Positions 39,625 to 53,100 of a stretch of DNA of 64,000 nt are shown here, piece by piece. Made by a program: the position numbers and the translations under genes. Under the pieces are notes generated by a model. That model ran no database searches, was not told the origin of the DNA, and was given only the letters and a program-made list of their open reading frames with translations. The DNA lies in contig CM119263.1 of NCBI GenBank assembly GCA_051294375.1, forward strand, positions 27,859,858-27,923,857, written 5' to 3'. The stretch is from Paraspadella gotoi. Its lineage: Eukaryota > Animalia > Chaetognatha. How positions within the stretch are numbered: position 1 is the first letter of the stretch; every line of letters begins with the position of its first letter.

Positions 39625-40906
39625 GTATCGGCGGCATCTCTGATTTTCGATCAGCGATTCCCTTTGGCGAATTCCGGCCCCAGGAGGGTCGCTTCATTTT
39701 AAACGGACGGGGTTGCTAAGGGGGTGAGAGTGGGGGGGAGGTTAAAAAAGAGTGACGGGTGTTTAAAAGATGGGGGGTGCACGAAGGTATTTTGGCGATT
39801 TGGATTTTTTTAAGAAGGAAGTAAAACAAAGGGAAAAAAAAAATAAAAAACACGGAAAAGAAAAAAAAAAAACAAAAAAAAAAAAAAAAAAAAAAAAAAA
39901 GAAAAAAACACCGGGATTGAAATTTAAATGGGAGTGAAGAAGAAAAGAGAAAATAAAAGGGAGAAGTAACAAACCGCTGAGTAGGGAAAGGAAGAATAAG
40001 AGAAAGAAGGAAGAAAGAAGGAGGGAGAGGAAGAGCGTATGAAAAAAAGAAGAGGAAAAGCCTTAGAGATGGCGTTTGAATAATAGAAATACTCGAAAGA
40101 GCTTGTTAGCAAGTGTTTCGAGAGAGTTTCACTTAATTAATAAATTTATTTCTGCGAGGATAATGATTATTGTCGAAATATAAGTAGTAAATAAATCCAC
40201 TTATCCGTTGGACCGTTCGTGACCTACCACATTTAAAACCAAACAAAATAAGAAAGAAAAAACAACGAAAAAAACAAAAAAAGAAACAGCAACAATTAGG
40301 GACAGAGAGAGACCAGAGATTACCAATTTTTCCAGAATTAAAAAAAATATGACAGGGGAGTTTGACGCGCATTAAACTGCACAGGAGTGAAATTGCGAGA
40401 TAAATTTTCCCTCACGCTTTTATAAAAAAAAGTTCATTCTCTTTCAAATTATTGTTTTCCATTATTTTTTTCTTTCTTTCGTGACAGTTTTTGAAATTTA
40501 ATTTCCAAACTTCATTGCGAATTAATGAAAATCCCGTGAAATTTTAAAATTTAGATCGAGTGGTTTCTTTTCTCTTCTCTCTCGCTCTCTCTCTTCTCTT
40601 TCTCTCTCTCTTCTCTCTCTCTATTTTTTTCGTTCGGCCGAAGCGAGATCGTTGCCCCTTCCGTCGGCCCCTCCCTCAGCCCCGGCTAAGCCCCGTCTAT
40701 CTCTTTTCCTGCCCCCTCAACGCCTCTTCCCTTGCCCTCCATACTCCCTTCGCCATCTCGAACTCATACTGTCTTCTTCCGGTGCGTCTTTACTTTAACC
40801 ACTGTATTCTGCCTTACAATTCTTCCTATCCGCAATCCTCCCACTTCTTGGTCTATCTATCTATCTATCTATCTACTATTCNNNNNNNNNNNNNNNNNNN
40901 NNNNNN

Positions 40907-41500
40907 AAGAGAGAGAAAAGAACCAACTCGATTAAATTTTAAAATTTCGGGATTTTCATTGAATTCGAATGAAGTTTGGATAAAATTGTCAAACTGTCAC
41001 GAAAGAAAGAAAAAAATAATGGAAAAAACAATAAAGTTTGAAGAGATGACTTTTTTTTAAAAAGCGTCGAGGGAGAATTTATCTCGCAATTTCACTCCTG
41101 TGCAGTTTAATGCGCGTCAACCTCCCTGTCATTTTTTTTTAGATCTGGAAATTGGTAATTCTGTCTCATCTTCTGTCCCTAATTTGCTGTTTTTTTTTCT
41201 GGTTTTTTTTTCGTTGTTTTTTCTTTCTTATTCTGTTTGGTTTTAAATGTGGTAGGTCACCAACGGTCCAACGATAGTGATTTTATTTACTATCTATATT
41301 TCGACAATAATATTTCCTCGCAGAAATAAATATTATTATTAAGTGAATACCTCTCTCGAACAGTTGCTACAGCTCTTTCGAGTATTCTTTATTAATTCAC
41401 GCCATCTCTAAGCTTTCCTCTCTTTTTTTCATACGCTCTTCCTCTCCCTCCTTTTCTTCCTTTTTCTCTTTTCCTTCCTTTCCCTTCGTTTCTTCCCCTT
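40907..41500 (-). repeat. Noisy inverted copy of ~39990-40575 (assembly fold-back)
   Basis: e.g. atctcgcaatttcactcctgtgcagtttaatgcgcgtcaa is the reverse complement of ~40361-40401; starts right after a 25-N gap. Confidence 0.85.
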
Positions 41501-41511
41501 TTTTTCTCCTC

Positions 41512-42750
41512 ATTTTCGATCAGCGATTCCCTTTGGCGAATTCCGGCCCCAGGAGGGTCGCTTCATTTTAAACGGACGGGGTTGCTAAGGGGGTGAGAGT
41601 GGGGGGGAGGTTAAAAAAGAGTGACGGGTGTTTAAAAGATGGGGGGTGCACGAAGGTATTTTGGCGATTTGGATTTTTTTAAGAAGGAAGTAAAACAAAG
41701 GGAAAAAAAAAATAAAAAACACGGAAAAGAAAAAAAAAAAACAAAAAAAAAAAAAAAAAAAAAAAAAAAGAAAAAAACACCGGGATTGAAATTTAAATGG
41801 GAGTGAAGAAGAAAAGAGAAAATAAAAGGGAGAAGTAACAAACCGCTGAGTAGGGAAAGGAAGAATAAGAGAAAGAAGGAAGAAAGAAGGAGGGAGAGGA
41901 AGAGCGTATGAAAAAAAGAAGAGGAAAAGCCTTAGAGATGGCGTTTGAATAATAGAAATACTCGAAAGAGCTTGTTAGCAAGTGTTTCGAGAGAGTTTCA
42001 CTTAATTAATAAATTTATTTCTGCGAGGATAATGATTATTGTCGAAATATAAGTAGTAAATAAATCCACTTATCCGTTGGACCGTTCGTGACCTACCACA
42101 TTTAAAACCAAACAAAATAAGAAAGAAAAAACAACGAAAAAAACAAAAAAAGAAACAGCAACAATTAGGGACAGAGAGAGACCAGAGATTACCAATTTTT
42201 CCAGAATTAAAAAAAATATGACAGGGGAGTTTGACGCGCATTAAACTGCACAGGAGTGAAATTGCGAGATAAATTTTCCCTCACGCTTTTATAAAAAAAA
42301 GTTCATTCTCTTTCAAATTATTGTTTTCCATTATTTTTTTCTTTCTTTCGTGACAGTTTTTGAAATTTAATTTCCAAACTTCATTGCGAATTAATGAAAA
42401 TCCCGTGAAATTTTAAAATTTAGATCGAGTGGTTTCTTTTCTCTTCTCTCTCGCTCTCTCTCTTCTCTTTCTCTCTCTCTTCTCTCTCTCTATTTTTTTC
42501 GTTCGGCCGAAGCGAGATCGTTGCCCCTTCCGTCGGCCCCTCCCTCAGCCCCGGCTAAGCCCCGTCTATCTCTTTTCCTGCCCCCTCAACGCCTCTTCCC
42601 TTGCCCTCCATACTCCCTTCGCCATCTCGAACTCATACTGTCTTCTTCCGGTGCGTCTTTACTTTAACCACTGTATTCTGCCTTACAATTCTTCCTATCC
42701 GCAATCCTCCCACTTCTTGGTCTATCTATCTATCTATCTATCTACTATTC
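41512..42750 (+). repeat. Apparently identical direct duplicate of 39643-40881 (offset 1869 bp)
   Basis: Identical ORF translations at 39763/41632, 39924/41793 and 40133/42002. Confidence 0.92.
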
Positions 42751-42825
42751 ATCTATCTATCTATCTCTATCTATCTACTCTATCTATCTATCATCTATCT
42801 ATCTAATTCTATCATCTATTTATTA

Positions 42826-44015
42826 GATATTTCTACTTCCATTCCTCTCCCTTCCTCTTGATCTCTTCTACCTCAGTTCCATTTCTTCCGTTAATCGGTC
42901 TTCCTTAGAATCGTCGCTTCCATCTTTCGTCTCTCCCGTCCGTGTCGTTCAGTCTTCGTGTCGCTGTCGTCGTCGTCGCCGTCGTTTTCGTGTTGATTCA
43001 AAGAAATTCAAAAAACAAAATCGAAAAATTGATGGAGATAAAGAGAAAAAAAAAACAGAAAATAAGAATCATTAGTTCGGCAAAAGAGAAAATTGAGGAA
43101 ACAGAGGAGGACAGAAAGAAATCTTTGATTTTCTTCCGAATCTCTTCCCGATTTCTTCCCTCGATTCGTGTACCGATTTTTTTCCGATTCTTATCCGACT
43201 TCTTCCCACTCACACATGGACGCGGAACATAATTTAGAATGACGCCTTTTAAATTTTTCTTTAAACTTCTACAACTGAATTTCGGACAGGCGAATCAATA
43301 TTAACCAAAGAAATTCGGACAAATGATGAAACAATTGAAAATCTGTTTGTCTAATCTAAGCAGAATTAGTTTTCACGCAATCTATTTAATTATCAATTCA
43401 TGTAATAGTAACAGAAATTGCGGTTAAACTTGCACCGTTACTTTCCTAACCCCCTACAATGGCAATGAAAAAATGTCGTGTATTATTACAAACGCGCCCC
43501 ACTAGCAACATCCGTCAGCCCATTGTGCAAACCGTCGTCAAAAGTGTTCATACCGTGACAAATCTTGTCAACCCTCGACTTTTCAGAACCCCCGCTAATT
43601 GTTTGACCTCTTCCTTTGTGAATAAATGTGGTGGAAGCGATCGCAATTGAAAAATTCCATCTTGAAGAAAAAAGTCGGAACCAAAGGAAAAAGACAAAGA
43701 AAGAAGAAAAGAGAAAATCCTAAGAAGAAAAGAAAAGAAAAGAAGAAAAAAAATAAGAAGAAAAGAGAAGAAAGAACGAAAGAAAAAAGAGGAAAGACGA
43801 TAAAGAGAAAAGAAAAGAAGAAAGAAAAGAAAGAAAATATCAAAATATAAAGGGAAACGCTCGGTCTGTTTTATATTAAAAAAGAGAGATAAAGAAATGC
43901 CCCGGATAGAGCATCTGATATAACGATAGCGGGCAACTTTTCTTCTTTATTAAATCTTTATGCATTCTTTTCGTTCGGGAAACGTCGTACTCTCTCTCTG
44001 TTCGCTCCTCTCTCA

Positions 44016-44086
<71 letters not shown>

Positions 44087-44109
44087 TTCTCTCGTCTCTT
44101 CTCTCTCTC

Positions 44110-44155
<46 letters not shown>

Positions 44156-47100
44156 TTGCTCTCCCTCTTCCTTTCTCCTTTTTTTTTTTCACCGCTTCTC
44201 TCGCCTTTTTTTTCACCTCTTCTCGTTCCATGTCAAATTTAATCGGTGCCCAAAATGACCGCTTTCCCACCTTGATGCTTTAAGCCTACGTTTTCTTCTC
44301 CTCTCTCTCTCTTCTCCTCTCTCTCTCTTCTCCTCTCTCTCTCTCTCTCTCTTCTCTCTGCTCTCTCCCCTCTCTCTCTCTCGTCGTCTCGCTCTCTCCT
44401 TTCTCTCCACCGAGTTGAGAAGGCCCAGTTGACAAATTAGTGTTTAGCCTTCTTCTTTCCCGCCCTTTGTTCATTTTTGCTCCTCTTTCTTTCCATTTAC
44501 CTACCTTGGCCATTCACCCTTCTTTCCATTTTTCCCTGTTGTTTTTCGGCTCACTTTTTCCTCCTTTTTCAGTTTTTCTCTTTCTCTTTTCCGGATAAAT
44601 CCCCCCCATTCGATTTAAGCTTCTTTCCCATTTTCGTTCCTTGTCCTCGTTTACGCTTTCCTACCAACCTAATTTCTTCTTCTTCCCCCTCTCTCCAAAG
44701 CACATCATGTTCTTTTCCTCTTTCCCAAATTTGCTCCATGTTTTTTCTAAAAACTAGCATCTCTCTTAGTTATCCGTTTATCCTTCTCTTATGCTGTCAC
44801 CCCTTTTTCTATCATTTTCCGCCCGCTCAGCCGGCTTAAGATATAGCCAAGCTTTATTTCCTTTATTTCCCCTTCTTATTCCTTTTTCGCTCACTGTACT
44901 CAATTATTGCATTCTTTCCTTTTTTCCCACTTTTTTCTTTTCCTCTTCCTCCTCTTTTTCATCCCGTTCTTCCATTCTCTACCTCTTTCCCTCTCCCCCC
45001 TGCTCTCTCCTCTCTCTTCTTTCACCTCTCCATATATCCAAATTCCATTTTTTCTCGTCCGGGCCAATTTCGTCATCTAACGAAATTCTGTCCAGTGTTC
45101 ATGCTAACGACGTATCTTTTTTTCCTTGTCATGTGCTGCCTGAAAGGAAGAGGACGAGAGAGACGCACGAGAGGAGACGAGGTGATGAAGAACGAGCGAT
45201 TGGAGAGAGAGAGAGAGAGTGAGAGTGGAGAGGATGAGAAGACAGCGAGCGAGAGAGAGAGAGAAAGATGAGAGAGGAGAGAGAGATACCCGGGGAGAAT
45301 CGCGACTGAATAAAAGACGAAGGCTCTGCTCTGTGTCTTTTCGTTTCCGCGTCTCCACCCTCATTATTATTTGATAATCTCATTTGATTAATGTCATTTT
45401 TCCCCCGGCAAAGAAGACGTTTTCGTCATATTTGGTTTTTGCTTTTTTTTATCGATCTCGACATCGCGGAGTCCAACTATTTTCAATTGAAGATGAAATT
45501 TATGGAGCAGATTTTTCACCAATTTTTGTCTGTCATGAGTGTATACTTTTCTAAATTGTTGAACCGTTATGTTTGCCTCTTTTTCTCCATTGAGGCGTTT
45601 TGGCTCCATATCCGGTCCTCAATTCTACTTTTTGGATATATCAAAAAAAATAAAAACTAATCAATTAAATCATTAAACCATAATAACAATATAAGTAAAT
45701 TTAATAATTAAACAAAAATATTTAAATAATATACATACATTAAGGAAATAACAACATAAAATGAATTACGACGTGATGTTAGGAGATAAATTATTCAGTT
45801 TCCAAAAGAGTAGTCAATCCACATCACCCCCACCCTTCGCAGAGGACATCACCTTCACCCGAGTGTCAAAAAACATTCAGAATCCCATCATCAAACACCG
45901 ACGCAGTCTCGTCTAAGTGGTCGCGTCAGCGGTATTCCAACGCCGTCGTCGCCTGGAGGGAAGAACGGGAAGTTGCTCCTCTCCTGGGTGAGTTAATGTT
46001 TGGCTTCTGAGTTAATGCTGGGGTAAGGTTAATGGGTGAGTTACGAAGCTTGGTCGGGTTACGAGCTTGGTGGTTACGAGCTTGGTGAGACGGGGTGCTT
46101 TGTCATCTCAAGAAGCACGCCACCCACGCTCTGTGTTGCTAGATGATATATATTTTCTGACAAAAGAGAAGGAAAATTGTGATGGATTTCAACAGCCGAG
46201 TGGGAAACTCACCCGAGGTCGTTATTGGGCCTTTGGGCCCTGAGTTGTGCCCCCTGGAACTGGTGTGTTGGTCATGAATTCCTGCTACTCGACGCGGACT
46301 TGATAATTTCCAGGGACTGAATATAAAACGCGAGTTTGGGATGCTCTGCGTTCCTCCGCTGTGAAGCGATTGGTTGTATGACTGGGAAAGAATTTGGAGT
46401 AAAGTTCGTAACTGAACGCACAGTGTTCTTTCGATTAAAACACCAGCCAAGTTACTCTTCACTAATTTATATATATTTTTAAATTCCTAAGATCCACTCG
46501 GTTGAAAAAAAAATTCTACAATCAGGGATATAGTAAATCGCTAGAAGTAATTCACAATGAGGGCGCTTGTTTAAGGGTTTTTGGTGTTGTCTTATTCATA
46601 TTACCAATTATAACCATAGTTAAGGAGGATCTCGAAATAAGTTGTACCTATTTAATTTAAAAAAAAAAAAATTCTTTAGGAACAATAAAAACTAAAAACA
46701 GTTTAAATTGAATTTGTAAAAAATAAGTCACGTGGATGAACCACAACGCTGATCCCCCTCTCCCCTTTCTCGTCCGAACAAATAGATTCCTAAGTACAGC
46801 ATGGACGATGGGTTGCACATTAAGCAAATAAAAAGTTGAAGCGAAGGCCTATACGGGCCGCCCTCAAAGGTCGCGGTCCACTGGAAAAGTCTTCGACGCA
46901 AGGTGAATTGAAGTAAAGTCACATAAGTTATATCTTATGCCTGCAATTCTAATCCTCTTCTTTTTCTCTCTTCTCTTCTTGTTTCTTTCTCTTCCTTTGC
47001 TCGCCTCCTCCCCGGTCCCTTTTTGGTTTTTTTTTGGCCGCGACTTGGTTCCGCCCCTTTCTCCCTTTGTTACTCGTGCTGCTGCTCTCGCGGATAATTT

Positions 47101-50100
47101 TTCTGCTGATTTTTTTTTGACAAAAAAAAAAACAAAAGACGTTCACAAGTCGTTTTTGCTATTTACGAGACGGAACTTGGCCATCAAAAACTTTTACAGA
47201 GCCGAGACAAGCGGCTTTACCAGTGCGCCCTCCTCCCTGGTCGTTCCCCGGGAAGCTTGAAAAATACAAAACATTTAAAGTCGAAAAGCTCCACAGTAAG
47301 ACGACGACGAGACGACGTCATGACGACGCCACAACGTTTATGAAACGTTTAATTACTAACTTAGTGACTAGTCTTTAGCGCTTCTACTTTTTCGCCCTGA
47401 TCAGAATTTTTTGTTAAAAGCCGTTTTTTTTGTTGATAGTAAAATTTGTTGAGAAATAGTATTAAAATATAATATATTTTCTTTGGGGAATGAAAACATT
47501 TTTTTTATTTGTTTTTTGTTTTGCATCTACGTTAGCATGATCATTGAATTGATCGCCCCTTCAAAGAATGTATCTCTTTATTATATATTATAATTTTACT
47601 TTTTTAAGAATTTAATTTATCAGATTTGAAATAGTTATGAGTTATTAATCAATGTATTTTTGCTGATTGCGATTCACAAATAACCTCTACAGCCACGAAT
47701 TGAATGGCCCCTTTCTTTCTCGCCTCTTTTTTTCCTACTCGTTTTCTTAATTTTCTAATACTTTTAATTACAGTAGTTTAGTTTTAAACCATCTACTAAT
47801 GCCGTAAGTATTTTATTTCTTCGACTGCCCGCATCGAGTAAATGCCTATGTTTTTTCTCCTCAGCACCGCCCAAGTTCATCACTTTACCGGAATACGTCG
47901 GCCACAGAGATCAAGACGCCGAGCTTCGGCGAAAGCCAGCTGTCACCCGGCACTCCTACTTACGGGAGTGGTACAAGTGACAATCTGGACAAAAATCGTC
48001 CGCTAGTCGTGCCGTGATACAAGTTTATATCTTTTATTCTTTTATTGCTAATTGAAACTTACCCCCATGCAGGTTTTTTAATTTTTGAGAAATTAATTAT
48101 TAGTTATTTCTTTAAACTCCTCAAGAGCCGGATTGAATACAATTGTTAAAATATGTTTTGTCTTAAATAGCAATGTATAAATTATAATTATTAATTTTTT
48201 ATTTTGAAGTTAAGAAACCTTGATTAAATTAAATAATTTATTATTATAATTATAAATCTTTCATTTTGAAGATTAAGAGACCTTGGACTAAATTAAATTC
48301 AAGATTTTATTAGATGAATGACTTAAAACTTACATAGTTTTTGTTGCAAATTATCAAAGAAAAAAAACGGAACTGAAACATGCAAATGAAATTAACATTC
48401 TCAAGGAAAAAACTCACTGACTCATCCCTTCAGTACTTCGTGAAGGACACAGGAAGTCTCGTCATTTCAAAGTACGAAACATCGAGACGCCGGAGAATAC
48501 AGATCGAGGCAGGAATTAAGGCGGGGTCTGTCCGACAGCCAAGGCGCGGCTTTGAAATCGTGGTAAATGTTAAGTAAAGAAGAGTGAGTTAAATCGACGG
48601 GTAAGCGAAGAGTCAAAATAGACAAGAACGTAATGAATTTTAAAGAAACAAAGGAACATTTTTTAAATTATTTAAAGTCTAAAGAAAGAGATATAAAGAA
48701 AACACTAATTTAAATAACTTGAAGAGAAAGTAATTATTTATGATTATTACAAAACCGTCATTATAAGCCAGTCCCTGAAGCTCGATCAGGCTGAACACCA
48801 TGATAACAGGCGGGTTAATCGCCCACGTCCCTCTTTACTGCTCTCGGCGACCACGGGGTGGAGGCGAATGGACTTACCTCCTGCGACAACGCCCGGATGA
48901 AAACGGTTGGTGATTTTAGTTCCACCATATAACCAAATAAAACTTTAAAAAATCTAAACTAAAAGACAAACGAAAAGTGTTTAAAATATAAAAAAAAAAA
49001 CAAAGCTAAACAAACATAATTAAACAAACTTTTGCTTTTCCAGTCCCCAACCATTGAACCGATCCAATGACCTACGTTCCCAAACGGAACTCGGCATGCG
49101 ACCGTCACATTCGTGCTCGCCGGAATCGTCGTCCGCTCCCGAGGATGATATTGGAGGAGGACAAGAGCAACGTCGATTTCGTGACGGAAGTCAACCGACT
49201 GGTGAGGGGCAGAGTCAATCCAGATCAATCAATTCAAAAACAATGAATGATTAATGAATTTCACGAGAAACAAACCATTATCCAATCGCAGTCTGTGAAA
49301 TGATTCACCTAAAAGTAATCGAAGAAAAAAAGTAAATGAATTAATTATTATTATTATTACCTCTTATTACAATGAATATTAATTTCTCTATATACTATTA
49401 GATATTAAAATTAAAGTCATTCAAAACAGAAACAATCCTAGAGAAATTCACAAAGCAATCTTGAAATCAATGCAATTCCAAAGCTATATCATCAAATCAT
49501 AAATCCATCAACACTCCATCAATCCAATCAATCCAATTCAAAGTCTGTCCCACCTCAGGAGGGTCGCATCGAAGTGGTCACGACAGAACGGATTCCTTCC
49601 TTCACTACCTCTACATTCAAATCCCCGAAATCACAGACGTGAGGATCCTTATCTCTGCATCGGGAGAACGAGGGAGAGAACTAGCGCTGAAGAGAAAGCA
49701 CTCTCACCTGATGAGTTGGCTTGGTTAGTCAAGTGGGAGGAGGAAAGAGAGAGAAAGAGAAGATGAACAAAAGACGAACAAGGAAAGAGGGAGAAACAAG
49801 AACGAAGCGAGAACAAATATTTATCCTCGCAGATAAAAGAGGAAGATCTTAATAATTGAGAAAGAGAGAACAAAAGAGAAAGAGACACCAAGGATTCACT
49901 CTTATCGTGAAAGTGAATTTGTGTCGGAAAAGAGGAGACAGGTGAAAAGGCGTCTCTTCATTTTGTTGACTGATGTATGCACTGTATTCATTATGATATG
50001 AAAAAAAAATTCTCAATAAAGTTATCGTCTCACGCATCCTGAATAATTTGACTGTTGGATGAGGTTCTTTTAAGTGACCCCGCTTTTGACTATTGACCAG

Positions 50101-53100
50101 TTGGATTGACCGGAGAGAAAGTCTTGTGGGATTGGCCTTCAGTCTCATCGCCATATAGTCGCTATAACATTTATTTATCGTAACTTTAAAATATTAAGAT
50201 ATGTGCTTTGGTTCTCAAGTCGTCCTTTCATTTTCTTCCCTTTTAAAACTAAGTAATTTTCAATAGTTCTCTCCTTTGCTCCCCCAGTGTCCCCTGTATT
50301 CAACTACGAAGTTTCCCTCACTATTGCGTGTATCCGGCACGCGGCGAACCTCACTGCAACGCGTTGGCGAGCCCGCTCCAAAAATCGAATGGTATTACGT
50401 CACCGGGAATCATCCCTCTTTAATTTGTAGAAAAAGTACTAAACGTGGAGTCGCAGGTTACAAGTATTCAAGGCGAAAGGAGAAGGAGCAATTTGAGGTG
50501 AGTGATAGATATGGATTAAGATTCATTAGAAAAGTAGTTAGGTAAGTCTAGATAAATTAGAGAACGAAGTAAAGTAAGATTAATGATTATAGTTAGATAG
50601 TGTAGCAGAGAGTAGCACTAATCATAGTCAGTATTACATATATAAAATTCCACACGTTAGAATTGCAACAATGTCTTTTTTTTAAAATGATGGCATTAGC
50701 AACATTTATCTGTGCTTAGCCTGCACCAAATTATACATGTTTACTGTAGGATGAATAGATAAGTTGTATCATGGTTATACGACATGCTCAAAAAATAGGC
50801 CAAGCAAAGCCAAAGAAAAGGCAAAAGCAAAGGCCAAAGCGGAAGGCCTAAAGCAAAGGTGCTAAAGCAAAGGCTCAGCTAATAATTTTCTCCTTCATCT
50901 TTCACACTCACTTCTCTTCCTCCTTCTTCCCCCCCTTCCCCCTGGGAACAGCATCCACCCGCAGGAAATGAAACGATTTCCGAATAGCCGTTTGCAACTT
51001 CCACGAACAAACACGCAAGGCCTCTCGCCTTTCCTGCTCAAAAAGCGGGACCGCCTGGGCGCGCCCACCGTCACCTTTCCTCTCGACATCCAGCCCAAAC
51101 TGTCGAGGTGGAGTTCAACGTTCCGCCGGACAGTCCTGCCGTCACCGGCTTCACGGCAGCAAGACTTTGGCGCCAATTGATATGGCACAGAGGTCACGAA
51201 CGTTGGAAATAGAGTGGCAGTCATTCTATTTGGAGATTTATAATGAATTGGGCATAGATGATATTGCTGACGGAGATAATTAAAAATTATTTATATGATT
51301 TGATTGAAGTTGAATTGATTTATTTGATTGATTTTGATGGATTTGAATGATCTTGAATGATTTGATTGTTTTGATATGATTGATTGATTGATTGGATTTG
51401 ATTGATTTGATTGATGTTGAGTTTGGATTTGATTTGATGTGATTTGATTTGATTTGATTTGATGGATCTTTATTGATTGATTTGATTTTGATCGATTAAT
51501 TCACCGACTCCACATCCAGGTGGAGGAAACCCTAATTGACGAATAAATTACATATACTTCAAACTCGAACCGACAGAACGCTTAATCTTCCGTTTCCGCC
51601 GGCCGGTCAACGGACGTGGCCACTGTCTCGTGGTCGACGAGAGGGACGAGACTCTGCCCGATTCACGTAGCGCCACTGGTCCGATTGAGGGGTGTTGTAC
51701 GACCCGTAATGTCACGAAATATATAAGGACCTGTAGTGATTTCGTTCTTAAGACAATAAAGCCAAAAATGCAGTGGCCTGCGTCAATTTAAAAAGGTACA
51801 TCGGACAGGAGTTATTTGACCTTGTGTTGTAAGACCGAGTCCCTCTATTTGCAGATGCATACCACTACCCTCCTCTCAACAACCAAATATTGACAAATAA
51901 GCTGAAAGTAATAGTTAATATATATTATAATATAATTTTTAGATCTTAAGACTATATTGTGCTATTATTTTTCTTTAACAAAAGTTGTTTACATAGAGGC
52001 GAAGGTGTATATTCACCTTTACAATGTGTAATCTTTGATGTATTAGAGCTTAACTTACATCGCAGAAATACATCTGTTATCACATCAGTAATCAAAAAAA
52101 AAAATTTTTTAAAATTATTAGTGTAAAATTCTGTATTAAATTAATTTTTTGTTAATAATAATAAAAATTGTTAAGTTGAATCAGTAAGCACTTTTTCTAG
52201 AATTTGTTTTTCAATCTGATGTGTAAATTAATTTCTATAGTAAGAGGTTAAAACACTGTAAGGGACATAGAAAGAGGAAGTTAAACAATAGAATTTTATG
52301 TTACTCTGTTGGTTTCTAGTCATGAACAAAATCTAGAGATAAATAGATATTAAAAGAAATTCTTACTACAATTAAATATTTAAGAGTTGCAGGCCTAAAT
52401 GACTGCAATGAATATTGATTAAAAATTTGAATCTTTTTTAATAAACATTTTGTGAAAATTAATAAAGTAGACATTTTGTTTAAACGGCGTTCCAGTAGAA
52501 AGATTTAGGGTTAATCATTTAAAAACGTTAATTTTCGAAGATGACATCAGCTGTAAATAAAAATGTCGTCTCTATTACATTTTCCGAACTGTCGAGTTAA
52601 TAAAAAAATTCATAAAAAATAAAGACTTGGATTGAGCTTTTCGGTTTGACCTGCAAACTCAGATAGTTTCTTTATATGCTTATTATATGTATAATTTAAG
52701 TGATATAAGCCGAAGAATGCATCAAACTGTTTTAAAAGCGAGTACATATTTTGGAAATTGCCAGGAGCTTTCAGCTTTTTTGCCATTTTTCAAGTTTTTA
52801 TATTTGGAATGACCGCTCTTTTTCTTAATGGGGAATTTTAAATATATTATTTTTCTCATATTAAAAAAAAAAGTCATTTAACAATTTCATTCAACGAAGT
52901 CTGAAGGAAGCCCTGCTCCAACATCCCGCGGGCCTGTCAATGGCTGAGGAGCAGACAGCGACTGGACCATCCGAGAGCACGGAGTAATCTGTAACTTTAA
53001 TGATAATTTATACTAGAAAAATGTGTAAGCGGACATGAGGACAAATTCGGATATCGTAATCTTTGATTATGTCAAATCCGGTGATAGTCGGATTCCAAAA

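Noticed and set aside
48765-48930. Additional twister element copy
   Set aside because: Just the noisy reverse copy of 32617-32825 inside the artefactual duplication; not counted
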